Source: an uncultured Allomuricauda sp.
GTDB lineage: Bacteria > Bacteroidota > Bacteroidia > Flavobacteriales > Flavobacteriaceae
Direction of reading: 5' to 3'
Assembly (NCBI GenBank): GCA_963677115.1
Contig: OY781874.1
Span: 2,937,618-3,001,617 of the forward strand
Length of the DNA stretch: 64,000 bases
Shown here: one piece after another, positions 48,008-58,484 of the stretch
Layout of the letters: each line of letters starts with the position of its first letter
Position numbering within the stretch: position 1 is the stretch's first letter
Notes under the pieces: generated by a model
The model's input: only the letters and a program-made list of their open reading frames with translations
What the model was told of the DNA's origin: nothing
Database searches by the model: none
Translations under genes and position numbers: made by a program

Positions 48008-48014
48008 GAGATTG

Positions 48015-48045
48015 CAAAAGTAATCTAATATTTAGAAATAGCAAG
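48015..48045 (-). promoter_or_regulatory. Housekeeping promoter of rplS
   Basis: cTTG, 19-nt spacer, TACTTTTG on the minus strand. Confidence 0.6.
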
Positions 48046-48065
48046 TTGTTTTTTGCCTTTTCGAT

Positions 48066-48749
48066 TTATTTTTCCAAAAGATCGGGCCTTCTTTGTTGTG
48101 TACGTTCCAGAGCTTGTTGTTCCCGCCATTTTTCAATTTTGGGAAAGTTACCGCTCAGTAGAATTTTGGGAACTTCCATTCCTTTGTATTCCGCAGGTCT
48201 GGTGTACACAGGTGGCGCCAACAAATTATCTTGGAACGTATCCGTTAGGGCAGAGGTTTCATCGTTCAATACGCCGGGCAACAACCGTATTAGGGCATCA
48301 CATAAAATGGCAGCAGCCAATTCACCACCGGACAATACATAATCACCTATGGAAATTTCACGGGTCACGAACATGTCCCTGACCCTTTGGTCTACACCTT
48401 TATAATGGCCGCACAGCACAATGATGTTCTTTTTCATTGAAATTTCATTGGCCATCCCCTGATTTAAGGTTTTTCCGTCCGGGGTCATATAAATGACTTC
48501 ATCGTACTCCCTTTCCGATTTGAGTTGGGAAATGCATTTGTCGATGGGTTCTATCATCATCACCATACCGGCTCCGCCTCCAAACTGGTAATCGTCCACT
48601 TGTTTGTAGTTCCCTATGGAATAATCCCTCAAATTATGAAGATGTACCTCGACCAATCCTTTCTCTATGGCTCTTTTTAAAATAGAGGCTTCAAAGGGAC
48701 TTTTTAAAAGCTCGGGGAGTACGGTAATAATGTCAATCCGCATGGACAT
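48066..48749 (-). CDS. trmD: tRNA (guanine37-N1)-methyltransferase
   Basis: [41 protein letters not shown]. Confidence 0.96.
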   Translation of the reverse strand: MSMRIDIITVLPELLKSPFEASILKRAIEKGLVEVHLHNLRDYSIGNYKQVDDYQFGGGAGMVMMIEPIDKCISQLKSEREYDEVIYMTPDGKTLNQGMANEISMKKNIIVLCGHYKGVDQRVRDMFVTREISIGDYVLSGGELAAAILCDALIRLLPGVLNDETSALTDTFQDNLLAPPVYTRPAEYKGMEVPKILLSGNFPKIEKWREQQALERTQQRRPDLLEK

Positions 48750-48806
48750 TGTAGCTATGTATTGATTTGGCGCAAAAGTAAGGAATGCTTGTAATAACTC
48801 CCTATA

Positions 48807-48845
48807 AAAATAAAGGCTTCCGAGAAAGAAGCCTTTATTTTTATT
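48807..48845 (-). terminator. Intrinsic terminator
   Basis: aaaataaaggcttc...gaagcctttatttt. Confidence 0.75.
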
Positions 48846-49452
48846 TTTTCTGCTTGTTCAGTTCGTCCTGAAGCTGTCTGCTTATTTTCTGCTCGCGCTC
48901 CAGAGCCCTTCTCCTGTGATTTTGATATTCTTCTTCCAGTTCGGCAAGGGCCGATTTGGCCTCCTGTGTCAAAAAGTTACTGTTTCTAAATCTGTAAATA
49001 AAGAATAATAGGAGCAACAAGAGCCCAAAAATAATGGACCAAAGGATAAAGTTATAGGTTCCCTTGCTTATTAGTAAACCAAAGAAAGAAATGCTGTCTT
49101 TTTCTTCGGTAACACTGTTCAATTTATTGGTGGTTTCCTGCAGTTTGCCGTTCAGGTCTTCTATTTCTGCATCGTTCGCCGTAATGGTTTCGGATAAATC
49201 CTTAATGGTCTTATTGGCGGTCTCGATGGAATCAAATATATTTTCCTTTGTTTTATATAGGTCGGTAATCTTCACCACCTCATACTGGATGCCATTGGCC
49301 CTATAATTGCCCGACTTACGTTCCAATTCTTTAAACTGTCCTCTAAGGCTGTTGTCGGTTTGTTCTGTTGATTCTTCTTCCTGCGCATGTAAGGACAAGG
49401 CAGGGATCAGTAAGGCTAAGGCAAATAAAATGCGTAAATGCTTCATGTTCAA
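48841..49452 (-). CDS. Exported coiled-coil protein with a C-terminal TM helix
   Basis: Signal peptide ending LHAQ, heptad-rich middle, hydrophobic helix, cytoplasmic coiled-coil tail. Confidence 0.65.
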   Translation of the reverse strand: MNMKHLRILFALALLIPALSLHAQEEESTEQTDNSLRGQFKELERKSGNYRANGIQYEVVKITDLYKTKENIFDSIETANKTIKDLSETITANDAEIEDLNGKLQETTNKLNSVTEEKDSISFFGLLISKGTYNFILWSIIFGLLLLLLFFIYRFRNSNFLTQEAKSALAELEEEYQNHRRRALEREQKISRQLQDELNKQKK

Positions 49453-49553
49453 TAATGTTCTCGTATTAAATATAGATTATGGGTGGGGCGAAATTACATC
49501 AATATACCTAATTTAAAAAAAGAAAATCAGTTCAAAGAACAATTCGTGCCCTA

Positions 49554-51002
49554 TTAATAATACGTATAACGCCTAACTTTTGCGATATATTTTGCCAATC
49601 GTACAACTTGATGTGAGTAACCGTACTCGTTATCGTACCAAATATACAATACTACATTTTTTCCGCCGGGAGCCACAATAGTGGCCTTACTGTCATAAAT
49701 TGATGGTGCTGTGGCACCTACAATGTCCGAGGAAACCAGTTCGTTGCTCAGCGCATACTTGATTTGCTCCACCAAATCACCTTCCAATGCATATTTTTTT
49801 ATGATGGTATCAATGCCTTCTTTTGATGTCTTGTTCTTTACTTCTAAGTTTAAGATGGCAAGTGAGCCATTGGGTACGGGAACCCTTATGGCGTTCGAGG
49901 TCAGTTTTCCCTTTAATGATGGCAGTGCCTTGGCGACTGCAGAACCAGCACCTGTTTCGGTGATCACCATATTTAGTGCTGCTGCACGGCCACGACGGTA
50001 CTTATCGTGCATATTGTCCACCAAATTTTGGTCATTGGTATAGGCGTGGATGGTCTCCAAATGCCCTTTTTTAATGCCCAAAGAATCCTCTATTACTTTT
50101 AAGATAGGGGTTATGGCATTGGTGGTGCATGAAGCTGCCGAATATATTTTGGTCTTGTCCGGATCAAAATCCTTGTGATTTACACCGTGGACTATATTGG
50201 GAACCTCTTTTCCGGGGGCGGTCAACAATACCTTGCCGGCCCCTTTTGATTTCAGATGTCGAGATAGTTCCTTGTTGTCCCTAAAGGCACCGGTGTTATC
50301 AATAACCAAAGCGTTTGCAATGCCATATTTGGTATAATCGATATCTTCGGGTTGCTTGGCATTGATGATCTTTACGGTGGTGCCATTAATAATGAGCGCT
50401 TGTTTTTCTAAATCAATATCCACAGTTCCGGTAAAAGGTCCGTGCACCGAATCGGTTTTAAGGAGTGCGGCTCTTTTTTCCAAAACTTCCCTGTTCATTT
50501 CTCCGCGGACTACAATGGCACGCAATCGCAACTGACTACCTCGGCCTGTTTTGGCCATGAGTTCGCGCGCTACCAAACGGCCAATACGTCCAAAACCATA
50601 AAGGACCACATCTTTTGGGTCGATGGCTTTTGAGGTTTGGGCTTCCTTAAGTTTGTCAATAACAAAAGCCTTTACATTTAAATGGGCGTTCTGGCTGGAA
50701 TTGTACTCGTAAGTCAACTTGCCGATATCGAGTTTGGCAGGGGGAAGGTTAAGGTCGTTGATGGCCCTTAGAATTTCCACAGAGTCGAAAATGGACATGG
50801 GTTTTTGCACAAACTCCCCGGCGTATTCGTGCAGGTTGATAATGTCGCTTACATTTTTGTCGATGATTTGATTTTTGAAGAGAACCACCTCGATGGCCTT
50901 GTCGTACCAAAGGTCGCTTATGATTTTTATGAATTCGGTAGTGGCTTTGCGTCTATCTGCCTGAAAGGCAAGTTCTTTTTCGTAAGATAAATTGTCGTTC
51001 AT
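49554..51002 (-). CDS. gap: Glyceraldehyde-3-phosphate dehydrogenase, long form with an N-terminal extension
   Basis: YGFGRIGR, SAASCTTNA, WYDNEYGYS. Confidence 0.9.
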   Translation of the reverse strand: MNDNLSYEKELAFQADRRKATTEFIKIISDLWYDKAIEVVLFKNQIIDKNVSDIINLHEYAGEFVQKPMSIFDSVEILRAINDLNLPPAKLDIGKLTYEYNSSQNAHLNVKAFVIDKLKEAQTSKAIDPKDVVLYGFGRIGRLVARELMAKTGRGSQLRLRAIVVRGEMNREVLEKRAALLKTDSVHGPFTGTVDIDLEKQALIINGTTVKIINAKQPEDIDYTKYGIANALVIDNTGAFRDNKELSRHLKSKGAGKVLLTAPGKEVPNIVHGVNHKDFDPDKTKIYSAASCTTNAITPILKVIEDSLGIKKGHLETIHAYTNDQNLVDNMHDKYRRGRAAALNMVITETGAGSAVAKALPSLKGKLTSNAIRVPVPNGSLAILNLEVKNKTSKEGIDTIIKKYALEGDLVEQIKYALSNELVSSDIVGATAPSIYDSKATIVAPGGKNVVLYIWYDNEYGYSHQVVRLAKYIAKVRRYTYY

Positions 51003-51082
51003 GGATAAAGGTTGCGGTTGTAATGATTAATTTCGGGGCTAAATTATATATTTCAAACGTTTTCGTAAAACATATTAGATAT

Positions 51083-51111
51083 AAAAAAGGCGCCTTGTTA
51101 CAGACGCCTTT
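51083..51111 (-). terminator. Intrinsic terminator of the HtrA gene
   Basis: aaaggcg...cgccttt with an A6 run (T6 on the minus strand). Confidence 0.6.
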
Positions 51112-51131
51112 AAGTGTTTTTTTAGCACTTT

Positions 51132-52532
51132 TTATTGAAGTATCATGTGTTCTTTTTCACCATCTTCATTGATCATGGTAAAACTGGTCCGTCCGTATCG
51201 GGATATTTCTCCAAAGCGTTCCTTGGCATCATCAATATTGTTGATGGGTTCGCCATCCAATTCAATAATAACCTTATTGGTCAAACCATATCGGGAGTAA
51301 CCCTGTGGTACATCAATGATTTTTACGCCTTTGGATACACCAAACTTCTTTTTATCTTCTTTGGTCAAGTTTTTAACGGTAAAAGAAGTAGCTGGCAGGA
51401 TTACACTGTTCTGCTTCTTTAAGGTTATATTTTTCACGATACTTTTACCATCTCGATCCAATGTTAATTGAATCACATCGCCGGGCCTTTTAGCAGAAAG
51501 GTATCCTGTAAGCTCGGAAAATTTAGCAACATCGACGTTATCTATCTTTTTGATGATATCACCTTTTACTAAACCAGCATCGGAAGCTCCCGACTCTTCT
51601 TCCACACTAGAAACATAAACGCCTTCCAAGTCTTCAATGCCCATTTCCATGGCAACTTCAGGGTTTAGGTTTCCACCTCTAATGCCCAACAATCCTTTTT
51701 GGACATTTCCGAACTCCATAATATCCTCTACAACCTTTTTGGCAATATTGCTGGGAACCGCAAAGGCGTATCCGATGTAAGAACCCGTCTGTGATGTAAT
51801 TGCAGTATTTATACCTATAAGGTCCCCGTTTGTATTCACCAACGCTCCACCACTGTTTCCAGGATTAACGGCAGCATCGGTCTGTATAAAGGATTGTGCG
51901 CCAGTTGGAGAAAGAGATCGTGCTTTTGCACTCACTATTCCAGCAGTTACGGTAGAGGTAAGGTTGAATGGATTGCCAACGGCAAGTACCCACTCGCCAA
52001 TTTTTGCATTATCGGAATCCCCGAAAGCCAAATAGGGCAATGCGTCCTCGGCATCGATTTTTAAAAGGGCGATGTCCGAGTCGGCATCGGTTCCGATTAC
52101 TTCGGCCTCGTATGATTTATTGTTGTTCAATACCACTTCCAGTTGGCTCGAGTTGGCAATAACGTGATTGTTGGTCACGATATAACCGTCTGGGGAAATA
52201 ATCACTCCGGAACCAGTTCCTACCTGTGGGGTCTGTTTACGTTCATAACCATAAAAGAACTCGGCAATACTGGATGGTCCCCTACTGCTCATGGTCATAT
52301 TTTTTACGTGTACCACGGAGTTCACCGTTTTTTCGGCCGCGGAAGTAAAATCAACCTCATTGATTCCGGCCCCTCTTGGCGAAGTATCCAAATTACTCGT
52401 CGTTACAAAAGGCACTTCTTCTTGCGAAGCGACCCATTTATAGCTTTCTTTCTCAAAAAATAATTTGTAGGCTCCCAGTGTAATGGCCCCTGCAAATACG
52501 GACACAAGGAATAAATTAGCTATTTTCTTCAT
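51132..52532 (-). CDS. htrA: HtrA/DegP-family serine protease with PDZ domain(s)
   Basis: GSGVII, TNNHVI, DIALL, IQTDAAVNPGNSGGAL. Confidence 0.92.
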   Translation of the reverse strand: MKKIANLFLVSVFAGAITLGAYKLFFEKESYKWVASQEEVPFVTTSNLDTSPRGAGINEVDFTSAAEKTVNSVVHVKNMTMSSRGPSSIAEFFYGYERKQTPQVGTGSGVIISPDGYIVTNNHVIANSSQLEVVLNNNKSYEAEVIGTDADSDIALLKIDAEDALPYLAFGDSDNAKIGEWVLAVGNPFNLTSTVTAGIVSAKARSLSPTGAQSFIQTDAAVNPGNSGGALVNTNGDLIGINTAITSQTGSYIGYAFAVPSNIAKKVVEDIMEFGNVQKGLLGIRGGNLNPEVAMEMGIEDLEGVYVSSVEEESGASDAGLVKGDIIKKIDNVDVAKFSELTGYLSAKRPGDVIQLTLDRDGKSIVKNITLKKQNSVILPATSFTVKNLTKEDKKKFGVSKGVKIIDVPQGYSRYGLTNKVIIELDGEPINNIDDAKERFGEISRYGRTSFTMINEDGEKEHMILQ

Positions 52533-52641
52533 AATTCATTAACAATTTAACATTAAGCTTTATCAAAATTAAAAACTTTCAATTTTTGGCTAAGTCGGTT
52601 TAACGCTGTTTTAACTCCAAAAAAAACCTTAAAAAACCCCA

Positions 52642-52649
52642 TATATTTG
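52642..52649 (+). promoter_or_regulatory. -7 promoter box for dapF
   Basis: TATATTTG 18 nt before the ATG. Confidence 0.45.
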
Positions 52650-52666
52650 TTCCTTTGTAGATAACT

Positions 52667-53449
52667 ATGGAACTACAGTTTTTTAAATACCAAGGAACGG
52701 GAAACGATTTTGTAATTATTGACAATCGCCAGGATATATTTCCCAAAAACAATACCAAACTTGTGGCAGAACTCTGCGACAGAAGGTTTGGCATTGGAGC
52801 AGATGGTTTGATACTGCTCGAGAATGACAAAGTGTCTGATTTTAAGATGGTTTATTACAATGCAGATGGAGCAGAAAGCAGCATGTGCGGTAACGGAGGT
52901 CGCTGTTTGGTGGCCTTTGCCCATTATTTGGGGGTGATAGAAAGGGAGGCAACCTTTAATGCGGTCGATGGTTTGCACCATGCAACGGTAGATGGACATA
53001 TGGTTAATTTGAAGATGATAGACGTGGACAAGATCCACGAGAAACAAAACCATAGCTTCTTGGATACTGGTTCTCCTCACCATGTGCAAATGGTGAAGGA
53101 ACTGAATAAATTTGATGTGCAAAAGGAAGGAAAAAGACTCCGCTACGGAATTTATGGCGAGTCAGGGAGCAATATCAACTTTGTGGAGCAGACCAAGGAC
53201 AATGCTTTTGATGTACGCACCTATGAAAGAGGCGTGGAGGGAGAGACCTTTTCCTGTGGCACAGGGGTGACGGCCGTGGCCTTGGCCATGTATGAGTCGG
53301 GAAAAACCGCTGCAAATGAGGTCCATATACATACCATCGGAGGCGATTTGACCATTTCTTTTGAGAAAAAGGAGGGGAACTACAGCAATATCTTTTTAAA
53401 AGGACCTGCCGTTCAGGTATTTAAAGGAACCATCGAATGCTCAATCTAA
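52667..53449 (+). CDS. dapF: Diaminopimelate epimerase
   Basis: KYQGTGNDF, GIGADG, MCGNGGRC, TGSPH, ERGV..ET..CGTG. Confidence 0.96.
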   Translation: MELQFFKYQGTGNDFVIIDNRQDIFPKNNTKLVAELCDRRFGIGADGLILLENDKVSDFKMVYYNADGAESSMCGNGGRCLVAFAHYLGVIEREATFNAVDGLHHATVDGHMVNLKMIDVDKIHEKQNHSFLDTGSPHHVQMVKELNKFDVQKEGKRLRYGIYGESGSNINFVEQTKDNAFDVRTYERGVEGETFSCGTGVTAVALAMYESGKTAANEVHIHTIGGDLTISFEKKEGNYSNIFLKGPAVQVFKGTIECSI

Positions 53450-53970
53450 AAGGAGAACACGTTTATTTGCGGGCCTTGGAGCCTACCGACCTCGATTTTC
53501 TGTACAAATTGGAAAACGATACATCGGTATGGGAGGTGAGCGGTACGCTGAAACCTTACTCGAAAAAAGTACTGCAATTGTATCTGGACAATGCCCACAG
53601 GGATATTTATGATGTAAAGCAATTGCGTTTGTGCATCAGTAATCATCAAGATCAGTGTATTGGCTTGATCGATTTGTTCGATTTTGACCCGAAACACCAA
53701 AGGGCCGGTATTGGAATCATCATTGTGGAACCTGCGGACCGAAACAAAGGTGCAGGAGCAGAAGCATTGTCATTATTGTGTGATTATGCCTTCTCCACTT
53801 TGGATCTACATCAATTATACGCCAATATCTTGGAGGACAACGAGGCCAGCATCCATCTCTTTCAAAAAATGGGTTTTGAAAAAATAGGTATTAAAAAAGA
53901 ATGGATAAGGACCAACCAAGGGTTCAAGAACGAAATAATATATCAAAAGATAAAATCGGATGAATCTTAA
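53437..53970 (+). CDS. GNAT acetyltransferase (RimJ/RimL/SpeG-like)
   Basis: LRALEP.D, RNKGAG.EAL, LHQLYA.I...N.ASI.LF. Confidence 0.85.
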   Translation: MLNLKGEHVYLRALEPTDLDFLYKLENDTSVWEVSGTLKPYSKKVLQLYLDNAHRDIYDVKQLRLCISNHQDQCIGLIDLFDFDPKHQRAGIGIIIVEPADRNKGAGAEALSLLCDYAFSTLDLHQLYANILEDNEASIHLFQKMGFEKIGIKKEWIRTNQGFKNEIIYQKIKSDES

Positions 53971-55003
53971 AAAAGTGCTTTGGGCAACGGCCATTCTTGG
54001 GTTGTTGATTTGTGGTTTTATAGTGTATCAAATCTATAGTGCCATTTTTAGCCCCAATACCCAGTTCAATAATGACGAAGCGTTTGTTTATATAGAAACT
54101 GATGCTTCCTTTTCTGATGTAAAATCGTCATTGGAGCCTTTGCTGAAGGATATGTCCACTTTTGAAACTGTGGCCAAGCGTAAAGGATACATTGCCAATA
54201 TCAAAGCTGGAAAATACGCACTCAAAAAAGGGATGGACAATAATGAAATTATAAACACTCTGCGCAGTGCCAATATACCGGTTCAAGTATCCTTCAATAA
54301 TCAAGAATCGTTGGCCTTGTTGGCAGGAAGGATTGCCGAGCAAATTGAAGCGGATAGTTTATCGCTCCTCCAAACCTTCAATGACTCTGCTTTTTTGAAG
54401 GAAACCAAATTTGATGACGATACAAAATTGTCGATGTACATTCCAAACACCTACGAGTTTTTCTGGAATACCGATGCGAAGAGTTTTAGGGACAGAATGC
54501 GAACCGAATATGATCGTTTCTGGAATTCTGACCGGTTGCATAAAGCTAAAAACCTTGGTTTGTCCCCCAATGAGGTTACGGCCTTGGCGGCCATAGTTCA
54601 AAAAGAAACCGCTAAAGTAGATGAGCGCCCCCGGGTTGCTGGCGTATATTTAAATAGAATACGTAGGGGAATGCTGCTTCAGGCGGACCCCACGGTAATC
54701 TATGCCATCAAAAAAGAGACAGGCAATTACGATACCATAATAAAGCGGGTACTTTTCCGTGACCTGGAAATGGATTCTCCATATAATACGTATAAATATG
54801 CAGGGGTTCCCCCGGGGCCGATAACCATGCCGGACATCACTTCCATAGATGCCGTTTTGAACCCGGAAAAACACGATTATCTCTATTTTGTGGCCGATGT
54901 TTCCAACTTCGGGTACCACATGTTTGCCAAAACTTTGGCGCAACACAACCGTAATAAGATGCAGTATACCCGATGGTTGAATCAACAAAGAGTGCTGAGA
55001 TAA
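53960..55003 (+). CDS. mltG: Endolytic transglycosylase
   Basis: LAAIVQKET, LQADPTV.Y, SPYNTY..G.PPGPI, YLYFVA. Confidence 0.94.
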   Translation: MNLKKVLWATAILGLLICGFIVYQIYSAIFSPNTQFNNDEAFVYIETDASFSDVKSSLEPLLKDMSTFETVAKRKGYIANIKAGKYALKKGMDNNEIINTLRSANIPVQVSFNNQESLALLAGRIAEQIEADSLSLLQTFNDSAFLKETKFDDDTKLSMYIPNTYEFFWNTDAKSFRDRMRTEYDRFWNSDRLHKAKNLGLSPNEVTALAAIVQKETAKVDERPRVAGVYLNRIRRGMLLQADPTVIYAIKKETGNYDTIIKRVLFRDLEMDSPYNTYKYAGVPPGPITMPDITSIDAVLNPEKHDYLYFVADVSNFGYHMFAKTLAQHNRNKMQYTRWLNQQRVLR

Positions 55004-55154
55004 GGTTCTTTGTCGTTGATTTTCATCTATTTAACGTATTTTAAGGCTGATTTAAGAAATCTTTATGAGCTTTAGGGTGCCCTTTAACTTATCTCCGTCT
55101 ATATTTGCCGGCCAAATTGATTTTTGATACGTATATAGTATCGAAATCACAAAT

Positions 55155-55808
55155 ATGAACATTATGAAAAGATGGATAGGTTTTGTACTACATCTTGCCA
55201 TGATCGTAGTTTTGACAAGTTTTGGTTCCTATACCGTAATGAAAAAGGAGACTGTTGAAATTCCCGATTCATTGAAGGTAACGGCCAATTTGGAAATCTT
55301 TGCACCGCAGGTTTCCGTTGAGCTTCTTGACGAGGACGAGGTAACCCCTCCTTTTCTGGGAAAAGCCTACAATGGCTTTAAGGAAGCACTTGCTTTCAAG
55401 GAATCCCAGGGCAAATATCAAAGAGTAAATACATTGGGTTATTTGGGCAAATACCAGTTTGGTAGCAGCACATTAAATTTGATGGGAGTTTACGATATGG
55501 ATGAATTTTTGGACAACCCAAAACTTCAGGAAAAGGCCTTTGTGGCCAATATTGCCCGTAACAAATGGATTTTGAGGAGGGATATCAAGCGTTTCAACGG
55601 AAAAACTATTGGAGGTATCAAAGTAACCGAATCCGGCATTTTGGCCGCGGCACATTTGGCCGGAGCAGGCAATGTCAAGAAGTACCTACGATCATATGGA
55701 CAAAACGATGTAACTGATGCCTACGGAAGTAGTATATCTTATTACATGAAAAAATTTGCGGGATATGATATTTCTAATATCAAACAGCGGAAAAACGCAA
55801 AAGTCTAA
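55155..55808 (+). CDS. Exported protein with a lysozyme/lytic-transglycosylase-like domain
   Basis: N-terminal hydrophobic segment; ALAFKESQG and GYLGKYQFG; LAAAHLAG. Confidence 0.6.
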   Translation: MNIMKRWIGFVLHLAMIVVLTSFGSYTVMKKETVEIPDSLKVTANLEIFAPQVSVELLDEDEVTPPFLGKAYNGFKEALAFKESQGKYQRVNTLGYLGKYQFGSSTLNLMGVYDMDEFLDNPKLQEKAFVANIARNKWILRRDIKRFNGKTIGGIKVTESGILAAAHLAGAGNVKKYLRSYGQNDVTDAYGSSISYYMKKFAGYDISNIKQRKNAKV

Positions 55809-55829
55809 TTGGTACAGATGAATTAAACT

Positions 55830-55859
55830 AAAAAAAGCCCCGAATTTCGGGGCTTTTTT
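55830..55859. terminator. Bidirectional intrinsic terminator
   Basis: aaaaaagccccga-att-tcggggctttttt. Confidence 0.88.
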
Positions 55860-56586
55860 ATGCTTGTATAATATAAATCGTCGGTCTTTTGTCCAGGTCT
55901 ACCTCTATTTCGCTCCATTCATGCGCGCTTTTTGTTGAGATAAACTCTGTGGGCAAGGTAATATCACAAGCAATGCAAAGTCGGGTGGACTTCTGTAATG
56001 TTTTTACGAGTTCCTTTACCAATTTATTGTTGCGGTAAGGTGTCTCCATAAAAATTTGGGATTGCCCTTTTTCTCTGGATAGTCTTTCCAAACTTTTTAC
56101 CATTTTCTTGCGTTCGGTATTATCGATGGGCAAATAACCATTGAATGCAAAGTTCTGCCCGTTCATGCCACTGCTCATCATGGCCATCAAAATAGAGGAG
56201 GGGCCCACCAACGGTACCACTTGTATTCTTTTTTGATGAGCTACACGAACTACATCGGCTCCTGGGTCTGCAATGCCCGGGCATCCTGCTTCGGACAAAA
56301 TTCCAATATCATGTCCATGGATACACGGATCCAAAAAACCAGGGATGTCCTCTGGATTGGTGTATTTGTTCAGAGATTGTAAATGGAGGTCAGGTTGCGA
56401 TTTGCTCGGGCTTACACGTTTTATAAAACGTCTGGCCGTTTTTTCGTTTTCCACAATATAGTGGTCAATACGTTCTATGGTTCCCTTTACCGAAATGGGC
56501 AGGACTTCCAAAGGAGCATTGTCTCCCAAAGTTGTGGGAATCAGATAGATTTTGCCCACTACCAAACCAGGTTTTACCTCTTCCAT
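55858..56586 (-). CDS. RsmI-like tetrapyrrole-fold SAM methyltransferase
   Basis: LSEAGCPGIADPG, PLVGPSSI, F.F.GYLP, F.ETPYRN. Confidence 0.85.
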   Translation of the reverse strand: MEEVKPGLVVGKIYLIPTTLGDNAPLEVLPISVKGTIERIDHYIVENEKTARRFIKRVSPSKSQPDLHLQSLNKYTNPEDIPGFLDPCIHGHDIGILSEAGCPGIADPGADVVRVAHQKRIQVVPLVGPSSILMAMMSSGMNGQNFAFNGYLPIDNTERKKMVKSLERLSREKGQSQIFMETPYRNNKLVKELVKTLQKSTRLCIACDITLPTEFISTKSAHEWSEIEVDLDKRPTIYIIQA

Positions 56587-56590
56587 GGGC

Positions 56591-57043
56591 TTAATTTAGC
56601 TTTTTCGCAATTGCCTCACAAGCCTTGTCGATCATTTGGTATACATTTTCAAAGCCATCATCACCTCCATAGTAGGGGTCAGGAACCTCTTTAATCCCTA
56701 ATTCAACTTCGCTCAGTAACAATTTTACCTTGTTGGTTTCTTCTTGGTTTGAAGCAAGACTGGCCACATCGGAAAAATTACTTCGGTCCATCACATAGAT
56801 ATAATCGAACTCGAAAAAATCTTGCATGGAAAATTTTCTACACTTTTGATTCCTGATATCTAGACCATGTTTTTGGGCCACGGCAATAGAGCGTTTATCG
56901 GGCGGATTGCCCACATGATAACCAGCAGTACCTGCGGAATCCACAAAAACAGTATCAGAATCGACTTTGGATTGCAAAATGCCTTCGGCCAAAGGTGACC
57001 TGCAAATGTTTCCTAAGCAGATCATCAAAACTTTGGTTTTCAT
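56591..57043 (-). CDS. Low-molecular-weight protein-tyrosine phosphatase
   Basis: CLGNICRSP P-loop, DSAGT, VPDPYY. Confidence 0.94.
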   Translation of the reverse strand: MKTKVLMICLGNICRSPLAEGILQSKVDSDTVFVDSAGTAGYHVGNPPDKRSIAVAQKHGLDIRNQKCRKFSMQDFFEFDYIYVMDRSNFSDVASLASNQEETNKVKLLLSEVELGIKEVPDPYYGGDDGFENVYQMIDKACEAIAKKLN

Positions 57044-57059
57044 AAATGAGTTGTGAAAA

Positions 57060-58484
57060 TTAAGAGAACTTCTTGCTCAGGTCCTCGATGTACTTTCTGA
57101 ATTGCTTATCGGTCTCTGCAAGATTGTCCACTGTTTTACAGGCATGGAGCACAGTTGCATGATCACGTTTTCCAATTTGTGAGCCAATGCTCGCCAATGA
57201 AGCCTTGGTGAATTTTTTTGCAAAGAACATGGCCAATTGTCTTGCTTGAACAATGTGGCGTTTTCTTGTTTTGGATTGTAGTGTGGCCACATCCATTTCA
57301 AAGTAATCCGATACTACTTTTTGAATGTAATCAATGGATACTTCACGCTTGGTATTTTTTACGAACTTTTCCACTACTTGTTGGGCCAATTCCAAAGTAA
57401 CCTCGCGTTTATTGAAAGATGATTGTGCAATCAAGGAAATGATAGCACCTTCCAACTCACGGATATTGGTCTTGATGTTCTTGGCCACATGGTCAATGAT
57501 CTCTTCGGGCATTTCAACACCGTCTCGGTACAACTTGTTCTTTAAGATGGACACGCGGGTTTCGTAATCAGGACTTTGCAGTTCTGCGGATAGCCCCCAT
57601 TTAAAACGGGAAAGCAAACGCTGTTCAATGTCCTGCATATCCACAGGAGCCTTGTCCGATGTCAAAATCACTTGCTTGCCATTTTGGTGCAAGTGGTTGA
57701 ATATGTGGAAGAATACATCTTGCGTTCCAGATTTACCGGACAGGAATTGTACATCATCAATAATAAGTACATCTATCAATTGGTAAAAGTGGATGAAATC
57801 GTTTCGGGTATTCTTTTTTACGGACTCTATATATTGCTGGGTAAATTTCTCGGCAGAAATATAAAGTACCGTCTTTTCAGGGTACTTGTCTTTAATTTCA
57901 ACACCAATGGCATGGGCCAAGTGGGTTTTTCCCAACCCTACACCACCAAAAACCAATAGTGGGTTAAAGGATGTCCCTCCCGGTTTGTTGGCCACGGCCA
58001 TGCCGGCCGACCTTGCCAAACGGTTGGAGTCACCTTCCAAGAAATTGTCGAAATTATAGTTCGGGTTTAACTGGGATTCAATTTTAATGTTTCGAATACC
58101 GGGGATGACAAATGGATTTTTAAGCTCTGGACTTTTGGAAGTGATCGGCACATCCAATTCTTGTGGTCCTACGGGCGAACGGTTAGAACTTGGAATCTGT
58201 TCCGTGAAAGGTTCCTTGTTACCGTATTTGTTTTCCATTTTTATAACGTAGATCAGCTTGGCGTTGGCACCCAACTCGCGGGTCATGGCAACTTTTAAAA
58301 GCTTCACGTAATGTTCTTCGAGCCATTCGTAGAAAAACTTACTGGGTACTTGGATGCTGAGCGCCTTATCCGTCAACTTGATAGGCTTGATAGGCTCAAA
58401 CCAAGTTTTGAATGCCTGCGGTTGGATGTTATCTTGGATAAAAGCCAAACAGTTGTTCCATACGGAATTAGCAGTAGCACTCAT
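57060..58484 (-). CDS. dnaA: Chromosomal replication initiator
   Basis: NPL..FGG.GLGKTHL, IIDDVQF, RL.SRF.WG, RELEGA, R.H.TV.HA. Confidence 0.97.
   Translation of the reverse strand: MSATANSVWNNCLAFIQDNIQPQAFKTWFEPIKPIKLTDKALSIQVPSKFFYEWLEEHYVKLLKVAMTRELGANAKLIYVIKMENKYGNKEPFTEQIPSSNRSPVGPQELDVPITSKSPELKNPFVIPGIRNIKIESQLNPNYNFDNFLEGDSNRLARSAGMAVANKPGGTSFNPLLVFGGVGLGKTHLAHAIGVEIKDKYPEKTVLYISAEKFTQQYIESVKKNTRNDFIHFYQLIDVLIIDDVQFLSGKSGTQDVFFHIFNHLHQNGKQVILTSDKAPVDMQDIEQRLLSRFKWGLSAELQSPDYETRVSILKNKLYRDGVEMPEEIIDHVAKNIKTNIRELEGAIISLIAQSSFNKREVTLELAQQVVEKFVKNTKREVSIDYIQKVVSDYFEMDVATLQSKTRKRHIVQARQLAMFFAKKFTKASLASIGSQIGKRDHATVLHACKTVDNLAETDKQFRKYIEDLSKKFS

Noticed and set aside
50600-51002. Roughly 130-aa N-terminal extension on GAPDH
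   Set aside because: Long-form GAPDH is a known, widespread subfamily, not a novel fusion
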